Of a stretch of DNA of 64,000 nt, positions 36,960 to 48,860 are shown in pieces. Below the pieces are notes generated by a model that was not told the origin of the DNA, ran no database searches, and saw only the letters and a program-made list of their open reading frames with translations. Positions within the stretch are counted from its first letter, which is position 1, and the number at the start of each line of letters is the position of its first letter. A program made the translations under genes and the position numbers. The stretch lies in NCBI GenBank assembly GCA_009602725.1, contig WELB01000012.1, positions 492,701-556,700 on the forward strand, written 5' to 3'. The DNA is from Spirogloea muscicola. Taxonomy: Eukaryota.

Positions 36960-39900
36960 ATGCAGCAGCTGCAGCACCGCTCGCTGGCCGCGCTTTCGTC
37001 AGCGGCGCTGCGATTGGCAGCAACGGCAGTGGCGACGACGTCAAGAAGCAAAGGCGCTTCGCCGAAAGGGCAGCGCGGCGAGTTTGCCGCTGAGATGGGA
37101 GGCCAGATCGTGGCAGCCGAGCCAGGTGGGGGCTTGCCCCGCAGCTCGTGGGCGGCGGAGCAGCAGCGGCGGCGCGCACAGGCGGCGCTGCCGGCGGTCG
37201 CGCTGGTGGGGCGCCCCAACGTCGGGAAGTCCACACTGTTCAACAGGTGCCGCAGCCCGGGCTACACCCAGCACCTTCCACAACTCAGCCTGCCTGCCTT
37301 GCCCTCTTCTTGGCCTGCACCGCCTGAATCATCACGGTGGTCCAACTTTGGAGACAAAAGCTCTGACATCCAAATCTTGTCATCTGATAGGGAATACTTG
37401 ACCTTTCCACAGACATGAATATATCACAACCTCCTCACATTAGGCTGTAGAGCCTGATTCACGCCCTGCACTCTGACCTTTGCTTGACCTTGTTGACTGG
37501 AGTCACCTGAAAGCCCGCTACGGTCGCTTGCCTGCAGGCTGACACGCCGGCGGGAGGCTCTGGTGACTGACACGCCTGGCGGGCATGTGACGCGGGATGT
37601 CCGCGAGGGCGTCACAATGCTGGGCGGCCTCCACTTTCGCGTGCTGGACACCGCTGGCTTGGAGCCGACGGCCGAGCTCGGCAGTGTGCTCTCCCGCGGT
37701 GCAACACTCACCAAGAGTACCCTTCATAGTTGTGCCGCTGCGCTCCTCCTTGTCGACGGCAGGTGAGTGCTGGCTGCTGCCGCACTGCATGGCACCGCCG
37801 CCTGTGCTACTGCTGCTATTGTTTTTGTGATACAGCTGTTCATGCAAAATTTTCAGGACCGGTGTGCTGCCAGCCGACCTGGAGGTGGCCGCCTGGCTGC
37901 GCTGCAATGCGCACCCCAGCATGCACCTCGTTGCGGTGGTCAACAAGGCTGAGGGCTTTGGCGATACCATCCTTGCGGCGGTAGGCGAGGCGCATGCTCT
38001 GGGCCTTGGGGAGCCGCTAGCAATCTCGGCTGAAACACGAGAGGGCCTTGGCGACCTTCACGACCGCCTCGCCATGGTTCTGGAGGCGGCCGAGCGCAAG
38101 CAGCTGGAGGCTGTGGACGGAGGTTGCGCCAAGCTGGAGAATGCTTGTATTTGTCCACCTCTTGCTGATTGTCAGGGCTTGCCTGGGCAGCCACATCTTT
38201 GACTCCAAGATGCAGTTGTGATTGCTACGAGTCACACCATGTCCTGCTGCGTATTCTTCAACAGGGACTCTGGCTGATGATGTGGATGTCAACGAGGCCA
38301 CCGGCGGTGCCACTGGTGAGGACGATGAGAAGGTGGAGGGTGGAGCTATGAAAGCCGAGGGCCTCACTGCAGCTGCTCAGAAGCTGCCGCTCCAGCTTGC
38401 AGTGGCAGGCCTCACCAATGTGGGCAAGTCGACGCTTGTGAACTGCATGCTGGGTGAGGAGCGCGTGCTCACTGGACCTGAGCGTGGCCTCACGCGCGAT
38501 GCCGTCCGTCTCCACTTTGAGCACCAAGGCCTGCCTATCTGGCTGGTGAGCAGCTGTCAGACTCTCAGGTGCTTGACATGGTGCTGTGTCAATCTGCTTC
38601 ACTGCTTGCTCACTTCAACGGCTTCTCCTTGAAAGATTGTCTATATGACTTCTAGGTTTGCATCCTGACGTGAAGACTCGTGGGAAACTCGCTATTTATT
38701 GTTCTCCTCGTCTGGTACCTGCAGCAGCAAAGTGACATGCTTGCACCTAAATGACATTTAGAATGCTCGCTGGGGCAGGTTGACACCGCAGGGTGGATGC
38801 AGCGAGCGCGCCTGACAGACAAAGCTACATCGCTAGCGGCCATGGATGCCAAGCGCAGCCTGTTGCGCGCGCATGTTGTGCTCTTGGTTCTGGACGCAGT
38901 GGAGGCAAGGCCACTGCTTCTTGCCATTCAAAGATCTAAATTGGAGCTAGGTCTGCCTCTTACCAGGTGCTCTTTGTGCCATTCCTTCTAGCAGTGTGGT
39001 GCCAGGTAATGATTCGTCCTTGTTCTGATGGGCACTGCATTGCACCTTGCTTGCCAGATAATGGCGGCAAGGAGGGCCCTGAAGCGAGCAGAGGTTGCTC
39101 TTGCCAGGTGGGCAACACAGGAGGGCCGGGCGCTCGTGATAGCTGTAAACAAGATGGACGCCCTTGCCCCCGTGGAGCAGGCTGCTGCAAGAAAAATGCT
39201 GGTCAAGGCTGTGCCACAGGAGGTCGAAGCTGCACTTCCGCAGGTATAGGAGATTCAGTCATCATTTCGATTCACAGTGTCAAGCTAAATTGTGAGATTC
39301 AGTTAACAGGCAAGAGGTTTCGGGTCTGCCTCACCTTGCTGATTCTGCTATGAGCAAGGTTATGGCAAGGCCATAAGCAGAAATGGTCATTAACTTCGAG
39401 CATCAAGCGATGAGCCTGGCAGGTGGCTGGCATCCCCATTGTGTACTTGTCCGCCAAAACCGGTGCCGGCCAGAACAAGCTGATGCCGGCCGTCATGCGG
39501 GCCTATGAGAGGTGGTGCACTCGCCTACCTACGTCTCAATTAAACCGCTGGTTGCTCAAGGTGTGCCTCTCATTTTCAGATTTATTCAGATTTAGCTGAA
39601 GGGCATTCATGGCTACTGTCGTTTTACCTCAGCAGGCTGTAGGCTTGTCAGTCACATGTGTGCAGATTGTGGCTAACATTTGATATTGTTTCCCTACTAT
39701 AGGATTGCCAGCTACGGCAATAGTGCGTACTCTGCCAGCCTGCACTTTGACCAGCTCTACTTGCATCACATGCCTTGGAGAGTTCTAGCTTAACATTGCC
39801 GTACTGTACGGTGGACACCATGTAGGGAGCATGGGGCGCAGCTGCATCTTCTTGACATGTAATATTTGGGTACATGTCACTTGTGCTATCAGATTACAGC

Positions 39901-40108
39901 CCGGACTTCTGCGGCACAAGGCCATGCAGCAAAGATCCGCTACCTGACTCAGGTGAAGGCCCGCCCGCCTACATTCGTGGCATTTATCACCGGCAGCAAT
40001 GACCTTGCCTCCACGGAGCTTCGGTCCATGGCCTCTGCCTTACGGGAGGACTTCGACCTCGGTGGCGTACCTGTTCGGGTACTCCAGCGCCAACAAGCGA
40101 AGGCCTAA
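36960..40108 (+). CDS. der: Double-GTPase Der/EngA, likely mitochondrial, 8 exons
   Basis: Exons 36960-37246, 37538-37762, 37857-38122, 38265-38545, 38779-38904, 39058-39243, 39423-39560 and 39892-40108. GD1 GRPNVGKST/VTRD/DTAG/NKAE; GD2 GLTNVGKST/LTRD/DTAG/NKMD; C-terminal KIRYLTQVKARPPTF. Confidence 0.94.
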
Positions 40109-41906
40109 AGGCAATTGGTTATGGTGTGCCACTTACTGCATGAAGTGATTGGAAGGATGTCAATCAGCAAGGGGTTGTGGCAGCTTCTTAACGTGCAACC
40201 TTGATTGAAAGCGGAGCGTGCTTGAATTTGCTAGTCCATCATCGATGGTGGACATATTGGAAAGTGGTGCGGGCAATCCTGATGGGTAAGGGGCTGCTTC
40301 CACAGTTGCAGAGGCCTACCCCGTAGTAGGACTTTCAGTGACAGTGCCACTGTAAAGCATGTGTTCCAACTACAGTGCACAAACTCCCCTGCAAAGGCAT
40401 CTGTGGAGCTGCTTTGTTGCAGAGGCCTACCAGTATACAGTATACCAGCTTGATACGAAAGTTAAGTCTTGCGTGCAAAAGCTTCTGCTCCTCCAATTTC
40501 ACCGACTGTTGCAATGTATACTCCCCAGCCACTGAGCATAATGTGGTGGGGCTCCAATGCCAGGTATATTTCGAAGGCAAACAGGATGAGCAGCTGGACC
40601 ACCTCCTGGCCGTGGCCTCCCTTCGGCACATACTGTAATGTGTGCTGAAAGCAAGGAGCAATCTGCTGGCTGACAAAGCCATGCCCTTACAACTTGGAGT
40701 GAATTTGTACATCTGTGTACTCTGCCACTTCGCCATCCAAAAACTCCTCACGGCGTGAAAGATTCCTTGGGCTTCATTTTGGATCATAAGACAAGGTTGT
40801 GCTGCTGACATATGAGATCCGAGTCCCAAGTGGCAATTGTGTCTCATCCTTTGCAAGCTTTGTCATACATGGAGCTGCACCTTCACTTAAAGAGCATGAT
40901 ATACCGGAAAGAAGCTGATGAGGGCTGCCATTGCTGCAGAAGCGCGTCAAGAGCATTATGCAATTCCTGTATCACAGTCGTTGGAAGGAAGTAGCATCGA
41001 AGTTCCTCGCTGGTTGGATGGAGGTTTAGCAGAGCTGAGCAGACAGACATACAGCTGTTGTTGTTACGCCAAAATCAAGTATCAATTAAGGCGCAAGCGC
41101 ATATGTTTGCACTGGTGCTATCATTCGAACAAGGGGCGCTGCAGCGCCCTGACAAAAACGTGTGTGCTGACTGCAGCCACGTTCAACTGCATTGTACTCT
41201 CCTTTACAGGTAGATGTGTCCGATATGACACCCTTACACACTAATAGGCGCACTTGGGCTAAGCGCTGTGCATGCAAGTGGCAGCTGGCATCCCAGAAAG
41301 TGGCAGTTGCTGAGATGCCAGGACCAATATGAATGAGTCGAAGCTAGGAAAGGGGAGTCAACTAGATCAGCGAGGGGTCGTCTTTCCAGAAGCTAAAGAG
41401 GGGGACTGGGCAACCTCTGATCCTCTTTGGAAAGCGGAACAGTTGGCCGCCCTTTATGGCCGCCCTTCAAGTCATTACTGACTGCAGTGGCTTGCAATGA
41501 TCACCACAAGTAAAGTGGGCCGTCCTACGCTTGCAGAACGACTACGCAAGACCGAGCTGCACATTACAGAGGCGGTGGCAATGCTCAAGCTGCAAATGAT
41601 ACGCTCCATACTGTTGGTGCACCTCACTGCTAGCGTCGCCGTCAGGAGGGTGTTCGTGGCATCTGGTGGCAAATCAATCGTGCTGGGACAGCGCCGGCGA
41701 GGAAGAGGGGTTCGGCAGGCCAGCTCGGTCGCTACCGCAGCCCCTAGGTTGCCATCGGACAGAGAGCTGTCTGCCTTGCGCGAGTACGCGCTCAGTGATT
41801 GCTCAGGGAGCGGCTGTGGAAGGCCGGCCAAGCGCGTATGGAGATGGGGCGGAAGTGCTGAACTGGGGCGGAGGTGCTTCAACACTAATATAGGAGGGCG
41901 AGAAGT

Positions 41907-44900
41907 AGCTCTTCTAGCTCTTCTTGCTCTTCTTGGCTCTCCCTCACCCCCCCCCCCAACGGCTCCCTAGCTCGCCGCCGGCGCCGCCGCCCCCCTGGCG
42001 CCGCGGCGCCTTGCCAACCCCCCGGGGCGCTCGAGCGCCTGAGCGCCGCCGGGCGCGCATGCCGCCGCCTGCGAAGGCACGGCGCGCACCTGCGCGGCGC
42101 GCTCCTCGGAGCTCGCCGCGCAGAGTGCCGTCCGCAGCGCAGCCCCCAGCTGGCGGGGTCCCTCATGCCACGCCGTGCGCCGCGGCGGCCACGGCGGTGG
42201 CGAGGGAGGATACGGCACCTAGGCAGCTTGCACAGCCTCGTGCGGGGAACATGGGTCCGGCTGCCCAGCTCACAAGCTGGCTCGGCCGGCTGCGATCAAA
42301 CCCTCGGCTCACTTGTGCCGGGGAGGCAACCGCACTGGCGGCCAGCGCGAGAGCAGTGCACCGGAGCTCCAGGAGTTGCTGCGCTACGCGCTCATCCCAG
42401 GCCCCATTAGGCTCAGGGATGGACGAGACGGCTGTCCCGACCACGGCCCCAACACCATCCGAGATTGCCGTGGAGGAGGGCAACATGGAGAGGGGCACAG
42501 GACCCCCTCCCCCAATATCCTCTCCCACTGCTTCTCATGCTGCTCTACTTACGGGCTTCGAGCCCCACCCACAACCAACGCCGTGCACCTCTCCCGCGTC
42601 TGCAGGGCAGACGGCTTCCGCAAACCCCCCTGCATCTTGGAGGGGAGGTCGCCGCAGCGGAGGAGCCAGGCGGCGCTTGGAAGTGGTTGTCGCCATGGGT
42701 TCGGCGAGTGGTGGCAGTGGCGCTGATGATGCTGACGGGCCCGTGGCTGGCGATGCCGCTGTATCAGCTGCACCTGGAGAAGGGGAGCGGGGCCAAGAGG
42801 ACCTCCGGCCCCCTGCGGAGGCAACCTCTTGCCCGCCTATGGAGCTCCGCTGCCGGCTCTGCCGGCGGCGCTGTGCCTCCAAGGTGGGTCTGAGCTCGCA
42901 CGAGCGGGCCTGCGTGCGTTCTGCTAACAGAGAGGCGCAGCAGGCAGAGGCATCCGCCACCGCTCGGGCTCGCAGAGTCCCTTCAAGAGGGGCGATGCCA
43001 ACACCACCACCAGGGCCTACGGCAGAACACTGGCGGTGGGCGGAGAGCGTGGACGTCTCCGAGATCCTGCGGACGACCAACGCGCAGCTCCTACGACACA
43101 TCCCGTATTGGGCCCGGCCCCACATACGGCGAGCCCTTCGGCCCCTCCTGACACGTCTGGCTCGTGACAGCGAGGATGAGGCTGCATGGGCTGTGTTTGT
43201 GTTGTTTCCGCGACTCTTGCTTGGTCGCCTGCCGCAGGGGAAGGCAGGTCGCAAGGAGCTGCTGCTGCGCCTTCACCTGTTTGAAGGTGGGGAGTGGCAG
43301 CTGCTACTTGCAAAGCACCAAGCGGCTGCGCAACTCGCGCAAGCCAACTTTCGGCCCACCACGTCGGAATCCGATATTAAGGAGGCGGGCAAGCGACGTG
43401 CCATCCGATTTGGACGAGCCGGCGACCTTGCCAGGGCTGCCCAAGCCTTGGAGCCCTCCACACCAGCACCGCATGATGCGGCAACCTTGGCCGCACTCGA
43501 GCAGCTCCATCCTTCGGCCCCGCGAAGATTAGATACATGGATGGAGAGCTTCACGCCTGCTCAACCGGTGGACCTGGACCCGGCTGCCTTCCGTCGGGCG
43601 ATTGTGAGTAGCCGCAAGGCAGTCGCCGGGGGTCCATCGGGCATGCTCTTTGAGCACTTGCGGGAGCTGTATGGGGAGGACGACTCGGAGGAGGATTTCA
43701 ATCTGCTGCTTAGGGTTGCACAACATGTTGCGCGTGGACACCTCACCCAACGAGTAGGCGCAGTCCTCTGCACAAGCAATCTCATTGCTTTGCAGAAGGA
43801 CAGCGGGGGAGTGCGTCCTATCTCGATGGGGGAGGTTCTGTCGCGCCTCGTGGGGCGCACCCTAATCATGCAGATTCAGGACGATGCCCAGGCGCACTTC
43901 CATCCCCACCAGTTTGGGGCTGGGATGCGTGCTGGCGCTGAGACCCTGGTGCACGGGGTACGAGCGGCACTGGATGTCAACCCCCATTGGCTGGCCTTGA
44001 GCGTGGACGTACAGAATGCCTTCAACACTGTGGATCGGCAGGTTATTGCCGAGGAGCTAAGGCAGTACTTTCCCACCCTCCTCCCTCACTTCCGATGCAT
44101 GTATGGCTCGCCATCTGCATTGTTGTGGGGGGCAGGGAGTTCTTTGGCTGTTTTGCAGTCAAAGACGGGGACACGGCAAGGTGATCCAATGGGAGGTTTT
44201 CTCTTCGCTCTGGCGCATCACCGTGCTTTGCGCAACACGGCGAGCGCTCACCCTGGCGTTCTCCTCCCGAGTTACGCGGATGATACCACGCTCCTCGGCC
44301 CCCCAGTGGAGGTGCTGCAAGCTTTCGGCACGCTTCAGCACCAGCTCCAGCTTATTGGGCTTGGGGTCAATCCGGCTAAGTGCTCCGCCTGGTCCCCTAT
44401 TGGCATCCCTCTTTCCCTCTTCTCCTCGTTGCCTACATCTTGTCAGACTCCAGAGGGCGGCTTGAGGATTTTGGGAGTGCCACTAGGGGACCCGTCTTTC
44501 TCGGAGGGTGCTGTCCTTGCGCGTCTCCAAGGATACATGCAGGTCCTGCCAGAGCTCCCACGCCTTGGGGACTCTCAGTTGGCAGTGGCCATTTTGACCA
44601 GGAGTGTGGCACAGCGGCCGTGTTACCTCCTGCGTACGGTCCCACCGTCGGTCAGCTTGGATGCTATCTATGCATCCATTGATGTCAAGCTTCAGCAATG
44701 CCTTGCTGATCTGATTGCTCACCCACTCCTAGAGCAGTCTCCAGCAGCACTGGTGCAATGTACGCTGCCCATACGTCACGGTGGGCTTGGTTGTCGCCCC
44801 TTGGTCCGCTTATGCAGACCAGCGTACCTTGGCTGCTGGGCTCAGGTGGCCTCGTCCATATCTGGACGATTCCTCCTTGAGCAACAACGTGTGTTGGCGC

Positions 44901-46070
44901 CTCACATCAGTAACGTGGTTCAGGGGAGTCTGCCTTTCCAAGTGACTCTCAAAGCATGCCAACAGGACCTCTTTGCCGCATACCCGCCTCTGGTGAATGA
45001 GCCTGTTAGCTTTGCTGCCTGGGCTGACGTTTCTGATGTTAAGGCTCAATCGCGGTTTTCCCGTGCTGCAGACGAGCAACCACTGGAGCATCTCCGGAGT
45101 CTCCTCCAAGGGGATGCTCGAGGCCAGGCTCGGCTCCTATCTGTATCGTCTCTGGGAGCGTCTGAGTGGCTCCGCGCTTTGCCTTTGCATGCGGGCTTGC
45201 GGATGGAAAATGCTTTGTTTTGCGATGCTATGCGCCGCCGTCTTGGCTTACCATCCCTGTGCTTGGCAGGGGTGACCCAATGTGAATGTGGGCTTATTGA
45301 GCATGATGCAGTGCTCATGGGTGACCACATGCTCAGGTGTGCCAAAGGCAGTGAGCGCACGGGCTCCCACAACCTCCTACGTGACGCCATGTATGGCATC
45401 GTCAAGGAGGCGGGATATCAAGTGGCGTTGGAGAGCACCGGGGTGATGCCCGTCCAGCTCCGCAACGGGGTCCCTCGGACGCGGCGTGTCGATCTGGTCG
45501 GCGTCCCCCTGGGAGGTGGCAAGCGGCTTCTCATGGACGTCGTCCTAACCGACAGCTTCCGGACGAAGGGCCCCGTAACTTCTGAGACCGGCTATGCCGT
45601 GAAGGTGGCCGAACAGAAGAAGTTGCACAAGTACAAGGACCACCCGGCGGGTGATACCTTTTACCCCCTGGCCATGGACATCCATGGGTGTTACGGGGGT
45701 CGGTGGTCCTCGTTACTTTCGCTGCTGGCATCTCAAGCTGACCAGCGGCGCCGGGAACAGGGTGCAGCCCTTCCCGGTGGCTCGGTGCCTTTGGGTCTTG
45801 TGTCCTGCTACCGTATGCGTTTGTCTATGTCGCTACAGCGTTCCCAAGCGCTTGCTTTGCATCGCCGCGCTGGTCGTGCCCTTGCAGCAGCCTCTGGCTT
45901 GCGCAGCGGGGTTGCTCTTCCTCCCCTCAGCTCATCTGACTTCCTACTGCTGACACGGGGTTACTAAGAGCGCCCTGGCTGTCTAGCCTGTGGCTCCGTC
46001 ATGAACACCTGTATGCATCTGGCTGGCTTTCACAGCCGCTCTTTTAATATCAGCAGCCGCTTCCTTCTTT
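41907..46070 (+). mobile_element. Apparently full-length CRE-clade non-LTR retrotransposon (single ORF, RLE type)
   Basis: One long uninterrupted ORF followed by a ~100-bp 3' UTR with a GGCTGGCTTTCACAGCC hairpin, ending AGCCGCTTCCTTCTT. The 5' boundary is approximate, placed at the GCTCTTCT repeats at 41907-41940. No convincing TSD. Confidence 0.88.
42059..45967 (+). CDS. Retrotransposon protein: zinc finger + reverse transcriptase + zinc knuckle + restriction-like endonuclease (1302 aa from first ATG)
   Basis: CRLC...HERAC zinc finger. RT motifs GGPSG, KDSGGVRPISMGE, VDVQNAFN, GTRQGDPMG, YADD (44273-44284), RILGVPLG. LPIRHGGLG, CECG...DHMLRC, then RLE RRVDL...MDV...EQKKLHKY...PLAMDIHG and the CRE-type RLSMSLQR. 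Intronless. Confidence 0.95.
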   Translation: MPPPAKARRAPARRAPRSSPRRVPSAAQPPAGGVPHATPCAAAATAVAREDTAPRQLAQPRAGNMGPAAQLTSWLGRLRSNPRLTCAGEATALAASARAVHRSSRSCCATRSSQAPLGSGMDETAVPTTAPTPSEIAVEEGNMERGTGPPPPISSPTASHAALLTGFEPHPQPTPCTSPASAGQTASANPPASWRGGRRSGGARRRLEVVVAMGSASGGSGADDADGPVAGDAAVSAAPGEGERGQEDLRPPAEATSCPPMELRCRLCRRRCASKVGLSSHERACVRSANREAQQAEASATARARRVPSRGAMPTPPPGPTAEHWRWAESVDVSEILRTTNAQLLRHIPYWARPHIRRALRPLLTRLARDSEDEAAWAVFVLFPRLLLGRLPQGKAGRKELLLRLHLFEGGEWQLLLAKHQAAAQLAQANFRPTTSESDIKEAGKRRAIRFGRAGDLARAAQALEPSTPAPHDAATLAALEQLHPSAPRRLDTWMESFTPAQPVDLDPAAFRRAIVSSRKAVAGGPSGMLFEHLRELYGEDDSEEDFNLLLRVAQHVARGHLTQRVGAVLCTSNLIALQKDSGGVRPISMGEVLSRLVGRTLIMQIQDDAQAHFHPHQFGAGMRAGAETLVHGVRAALDVNPHWLALSVDVQNAFNTVDRQVIAEELRQYFPTLLPHFRCMYGSPSALLWGAGSSLAVLQSKTGTRQGDPMGGFLFALAHHRALRNTASAHPGVLLPSYADDTTLLGPPVEVLQAFGTLQHQLQLIGLGVNPAKCSAWSPIGIPLSLFSSLPTSCQTPEGGLRILGVPLGDPSFSEGAVLARLQGYMQVLPELPRLGDSQLAVAILTRSVAQRPCYLLRTVPPSVSLDAIYASIDVKLQQCLADLIAHPLLEQSPAALVQCTLPIRHGGLGCRPLVRLCRPAYLGCWAQVASSISGRFLLEQQRVLAPHISNVVQGSLPFQVTLKACQQDLFAAYPPLVNEPVSFAAWADVSDVKAQSRFSRAADEQPLEHLRSLLQGDARGQARLLSVSSLGASEWLRALPLHAGLRMENALFCDAMRRRLGLPSLCLAGVTQCECGLIEHDAVLMGDHMLRCAKGSERTGSHNLLRDAMYGIVKEAGYQVALESTGVMPVQLRNGVPRTRRVDLVGVPLGGGKRLLMDVVLTDSFRTKGPVTSETGYAVKVAEQKKLHKYKDHPAGDTFYPLAMDIHGCYGGRWSSLLSLLASQADQRRREQGAALPGGSVPLGLVSCYRMRLSMSLQRSQALALHRRAGRALAAASGLRSGVALPPLSSSDFLLLTRGY

Positions 46071-46734
46071 TTTCTAGAGAGGGCGATGGCTGTGCTAAGC
46101 CCAAATACGGAAGTACGGGGACTGGACAATGACCGAGAGGGGCCGCCCCGTCGCTGCAGAAGGGCGGCTCGGCTGCGGCTGGCAGGGGGATTGGCGGCAA
46201 CTGCACTCAATCGCTGAGGGGCAAGGCGGCCGAGGTTGGAGAGGGAGGCCAGGTAGGGGCGAGGAGGCCGCCGGCCAGATGCATGTCTAGTGAAGGAGGG
46301 CTAGAGTGGGCAAGTACGAAGGCAAGTAAGTCGCGTGCTGCTTAGAGATGGAGCGATTTGGGTGATGGAGTTGCCAAGTATGAAGGCAAGCACATTGACA
46401 GATGCACAAAGCTGCACTGCGGACCGGCCCAAAATCCACGAGACCAGCACGTGTATAGCCCATACTGAGTGGTTATTGAGTGGTCCATCCCAGTTGGTAA
46501 TTAGCGGCTTTGGCCCCGGCCCCTTTGAACCTTGTCTCTTCGTTTCGGGTTGGCCTTCCACAGCCCTTGTCCCCATCGAGAGAGCCACTTTCTTTCACAG
46601 CTATCGGAAGGGCTGCGCCGGGCCCTGTGGCGGCGGCGGCGGCGGCGGCGGCGGCAGGGGAAGGGCGTAGGAAAGATGGAGTGTGGATTGAGTGATGGGG
46701 TGATGTGTGTAATGGGTGATGAGTAAATTAAGCC

Positions 46735-47190
46735 GACCACCCGCGGGACGATGAGTGTTTCCCGCTCGCCATCGACATATACGGGGCGTTGGGCACTCAG
46801 TGGCTCGAGCTGCTTAACCAGCTCTCACAACACGCCATCGCCCGCCGCTTCCTTGGGAGCCGGTGGATTCTCATGCAGCCGCGTCGCTAGCGCAGGTGTA
46901 TCGCATGCGCTTGGCCGTCTCGCTGCAGAGGTTCATGGTCCGCGCGCTGCACCTGTGTGCCGGACGAGCCCTCGCTGCTGCCTCTGGCCCTGGCCAGGGG
47001 ACCCGCTTCCAGGAGCCAAGTTTCTCTGACTTGAGGCTGGTTAGCAGGGGTTACTGAGTGTTTCGTAGCTGCTTAGTTTCTTATTGTGCTTGTTTTCTTA
47101 GTGCTTCCCCTGGCCTATTCTCGCACTTTGTTCGTTCTTCTTCAAGCTGCCTCTTCCAGCCCCTATCCTCTATGGGCGAGCCCTTCTTCT
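46735..47190 (+). mobile_element. 5'-truncated CRE-like copy (family B)
   Basis: PLAIDIYGALGTQWLELLNQL...RLAVSLQR...LVSRGY*, with a 3' UTR ending GGGCGAGCCCTTCTTC. Confidence 0.85.
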
Positions 47191-48539
47191 GATGGAGGGC
47201 GATCGAGGGCGAGAGTGGTCAAGAACAAAGGCGAGCACGTCACGTAGGAGGGCGCTGTGGGGCCGAGGCGGCGCACACCGGTGGATGGAGTAAAGCCAGT
47301 TCTCTCCGTCTCTCTCCAGCGCTCTCTGGCTCACGCGGTCCACACGCGTGTCGGCCGCGCTATGGCTGCTGCCTCAGGGTTTGCCGGAGTGCTCCTTTTC
47401 TGTACAAAAAGATACTACGCAGCTCTATGGGCTTCGCCTCTGCTTTTGTCTACTCCTTTTCCCGGGCTGGCCAATGACAGCCACCACCTTTACTTTGGCC
47501 TCACTTTCAATGTTATGCGCACTGCGCGCCTTCCCTCTACCGGACGTGTCAGTTCTTCTTTGGGCCGGCTTCTCACACCCCATAGCGCTTTAGGCCCCTC
47601 CGTCATTTGGCCCCAGGGAGTTAGCTTGTCCCGGATTTGGCACTCCCAAGAAGTAGCTTGTAAAATTCTTGAGGAGACGAGAGGGGACGGCTTGCATGCC
47701 AAATTTCTGGGTTGGCCTTGCACCTAAACCCTCAGCCGTCAGCCCCTCCTGGCAACGACTTTCGTTGCCAATATGGCACAGAGGTGGCGTGTCACGTGTC
47801 ACTACTTGGATGGGAGTATGTATTGAGTGATGGAGGGCCTGAGTGGCCAAGCACAGAGGCAAGGACTTGACAGATGTACATCACGTGCTGGTAAGCCGCC
47901 CCGCTCTGTAATGTTCTAAGGTTTGTGAGCGCCAAACAGTGCTGTTAACGCTTACATGGTGTTCTTTTAGCCGTTTGTGCCGGACGGTACGAACCGCCCT
48001 GGCACTCGTGCTGTTGCCGTTTCGTCCGGGCTCGTCCCGGTGGCCTCGCATGCTCCCGGCATGCTCAGTTAGACATGCTCGGCGGCATGCGTGGGCCCGG
48101 ACGGCCCCGGCGGCATGTTCGGCCGCGGCCATGCTCGGCTATGCCCGGCCTCGGCCATGCCTGGCGGCATGCCCTGCCGCGGCCATGCTCGGCGCCATGG
48201 CGCCTGCTGGAGACAGCTCATGGTTTCCTCGTCAAACACGCTCCTCGCGGGCGAGCCTTGGGGCGACCTCCTACACCCTAGAGAGAGGGTGGCACAGAGA
48301 AGCACTTCAACTACTGCACGGAGAAGAGATAGACCCGTCCGGAGGCCGGGAACTCAGTGAAGCTCTGAGAGGCGCAGCCCTGCGGCTGCCTGCTGTTGAG
48401 ACCGCTGCCGCGCGCGGCTCGTTGCCGGCTCTGCTGAGGAGACCTTGGCGGCGTCCCTCTAGAGGTAAGTCCGCGCGTGCCCGGGCGGTGGATTTGCTGC
48501 CTGGCGGCAGCCGCCACAGGGCAAGTCTTCCGCTGTGTC

Positions 48540-48860
48540 GGAGTATTTCCTCGTGGCGGGTGGTTGTCCCCCAGCACTCAAATCCTAAACAGGACGCATT
48601 CGGCTCTAACCTGCCTGTTGGGGACCGAACGCTACACGCTCAGTAATCACGAGTCAGCACGTGAAGGTCTCTAAACTGATGCCCGAATACCGGACGGCAC
48701 TTGACAAGCCCTTATGCCACCAGCTAAGGCTCGACCAGCTTATTGGCGCAAAGCATGAGCTTGAGCTCGCTGCAGACAGGCTGACACACGACGTCGCAGA
48801 AACGACAGGAGGCTGCCGGCTTGCCCATCTCGGCTGGAAGCTTATTTCACGTCGTGCATA
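48540..48860 (-). mobile_element. Diverged CRE-like 3' fragment
   Basis: Minus strand reads GSLLSFLRRRVSACLQRAQAHALRQ*AGRALAG...DLHVLTRDY*, with a stop and a frameshift. Confidence 0.65.

Noticed and set aside
1915..40108. Bacterial contamination or recent HGT suggested by fabZ, folB, mutase and der
   Set aside because: All have spliceosomal introns and N-terminal extensions and are interleaved with eukaryote-specific genes.
47907..47975. TTACA followed by TGGTG as an LTR end plus primer-binding site
   Set aside because: No recognisable tRNA complement, second LTR or gag-pol.
47881..48664. 10-bp inverted repeat TCACGTGCTG / CAGCACGTGA as transposon TIRs
   Set aside because: The right copy is CRE coding sequence (DLHVLTRDY), the core is a self-palindrome, and there is no TSD.
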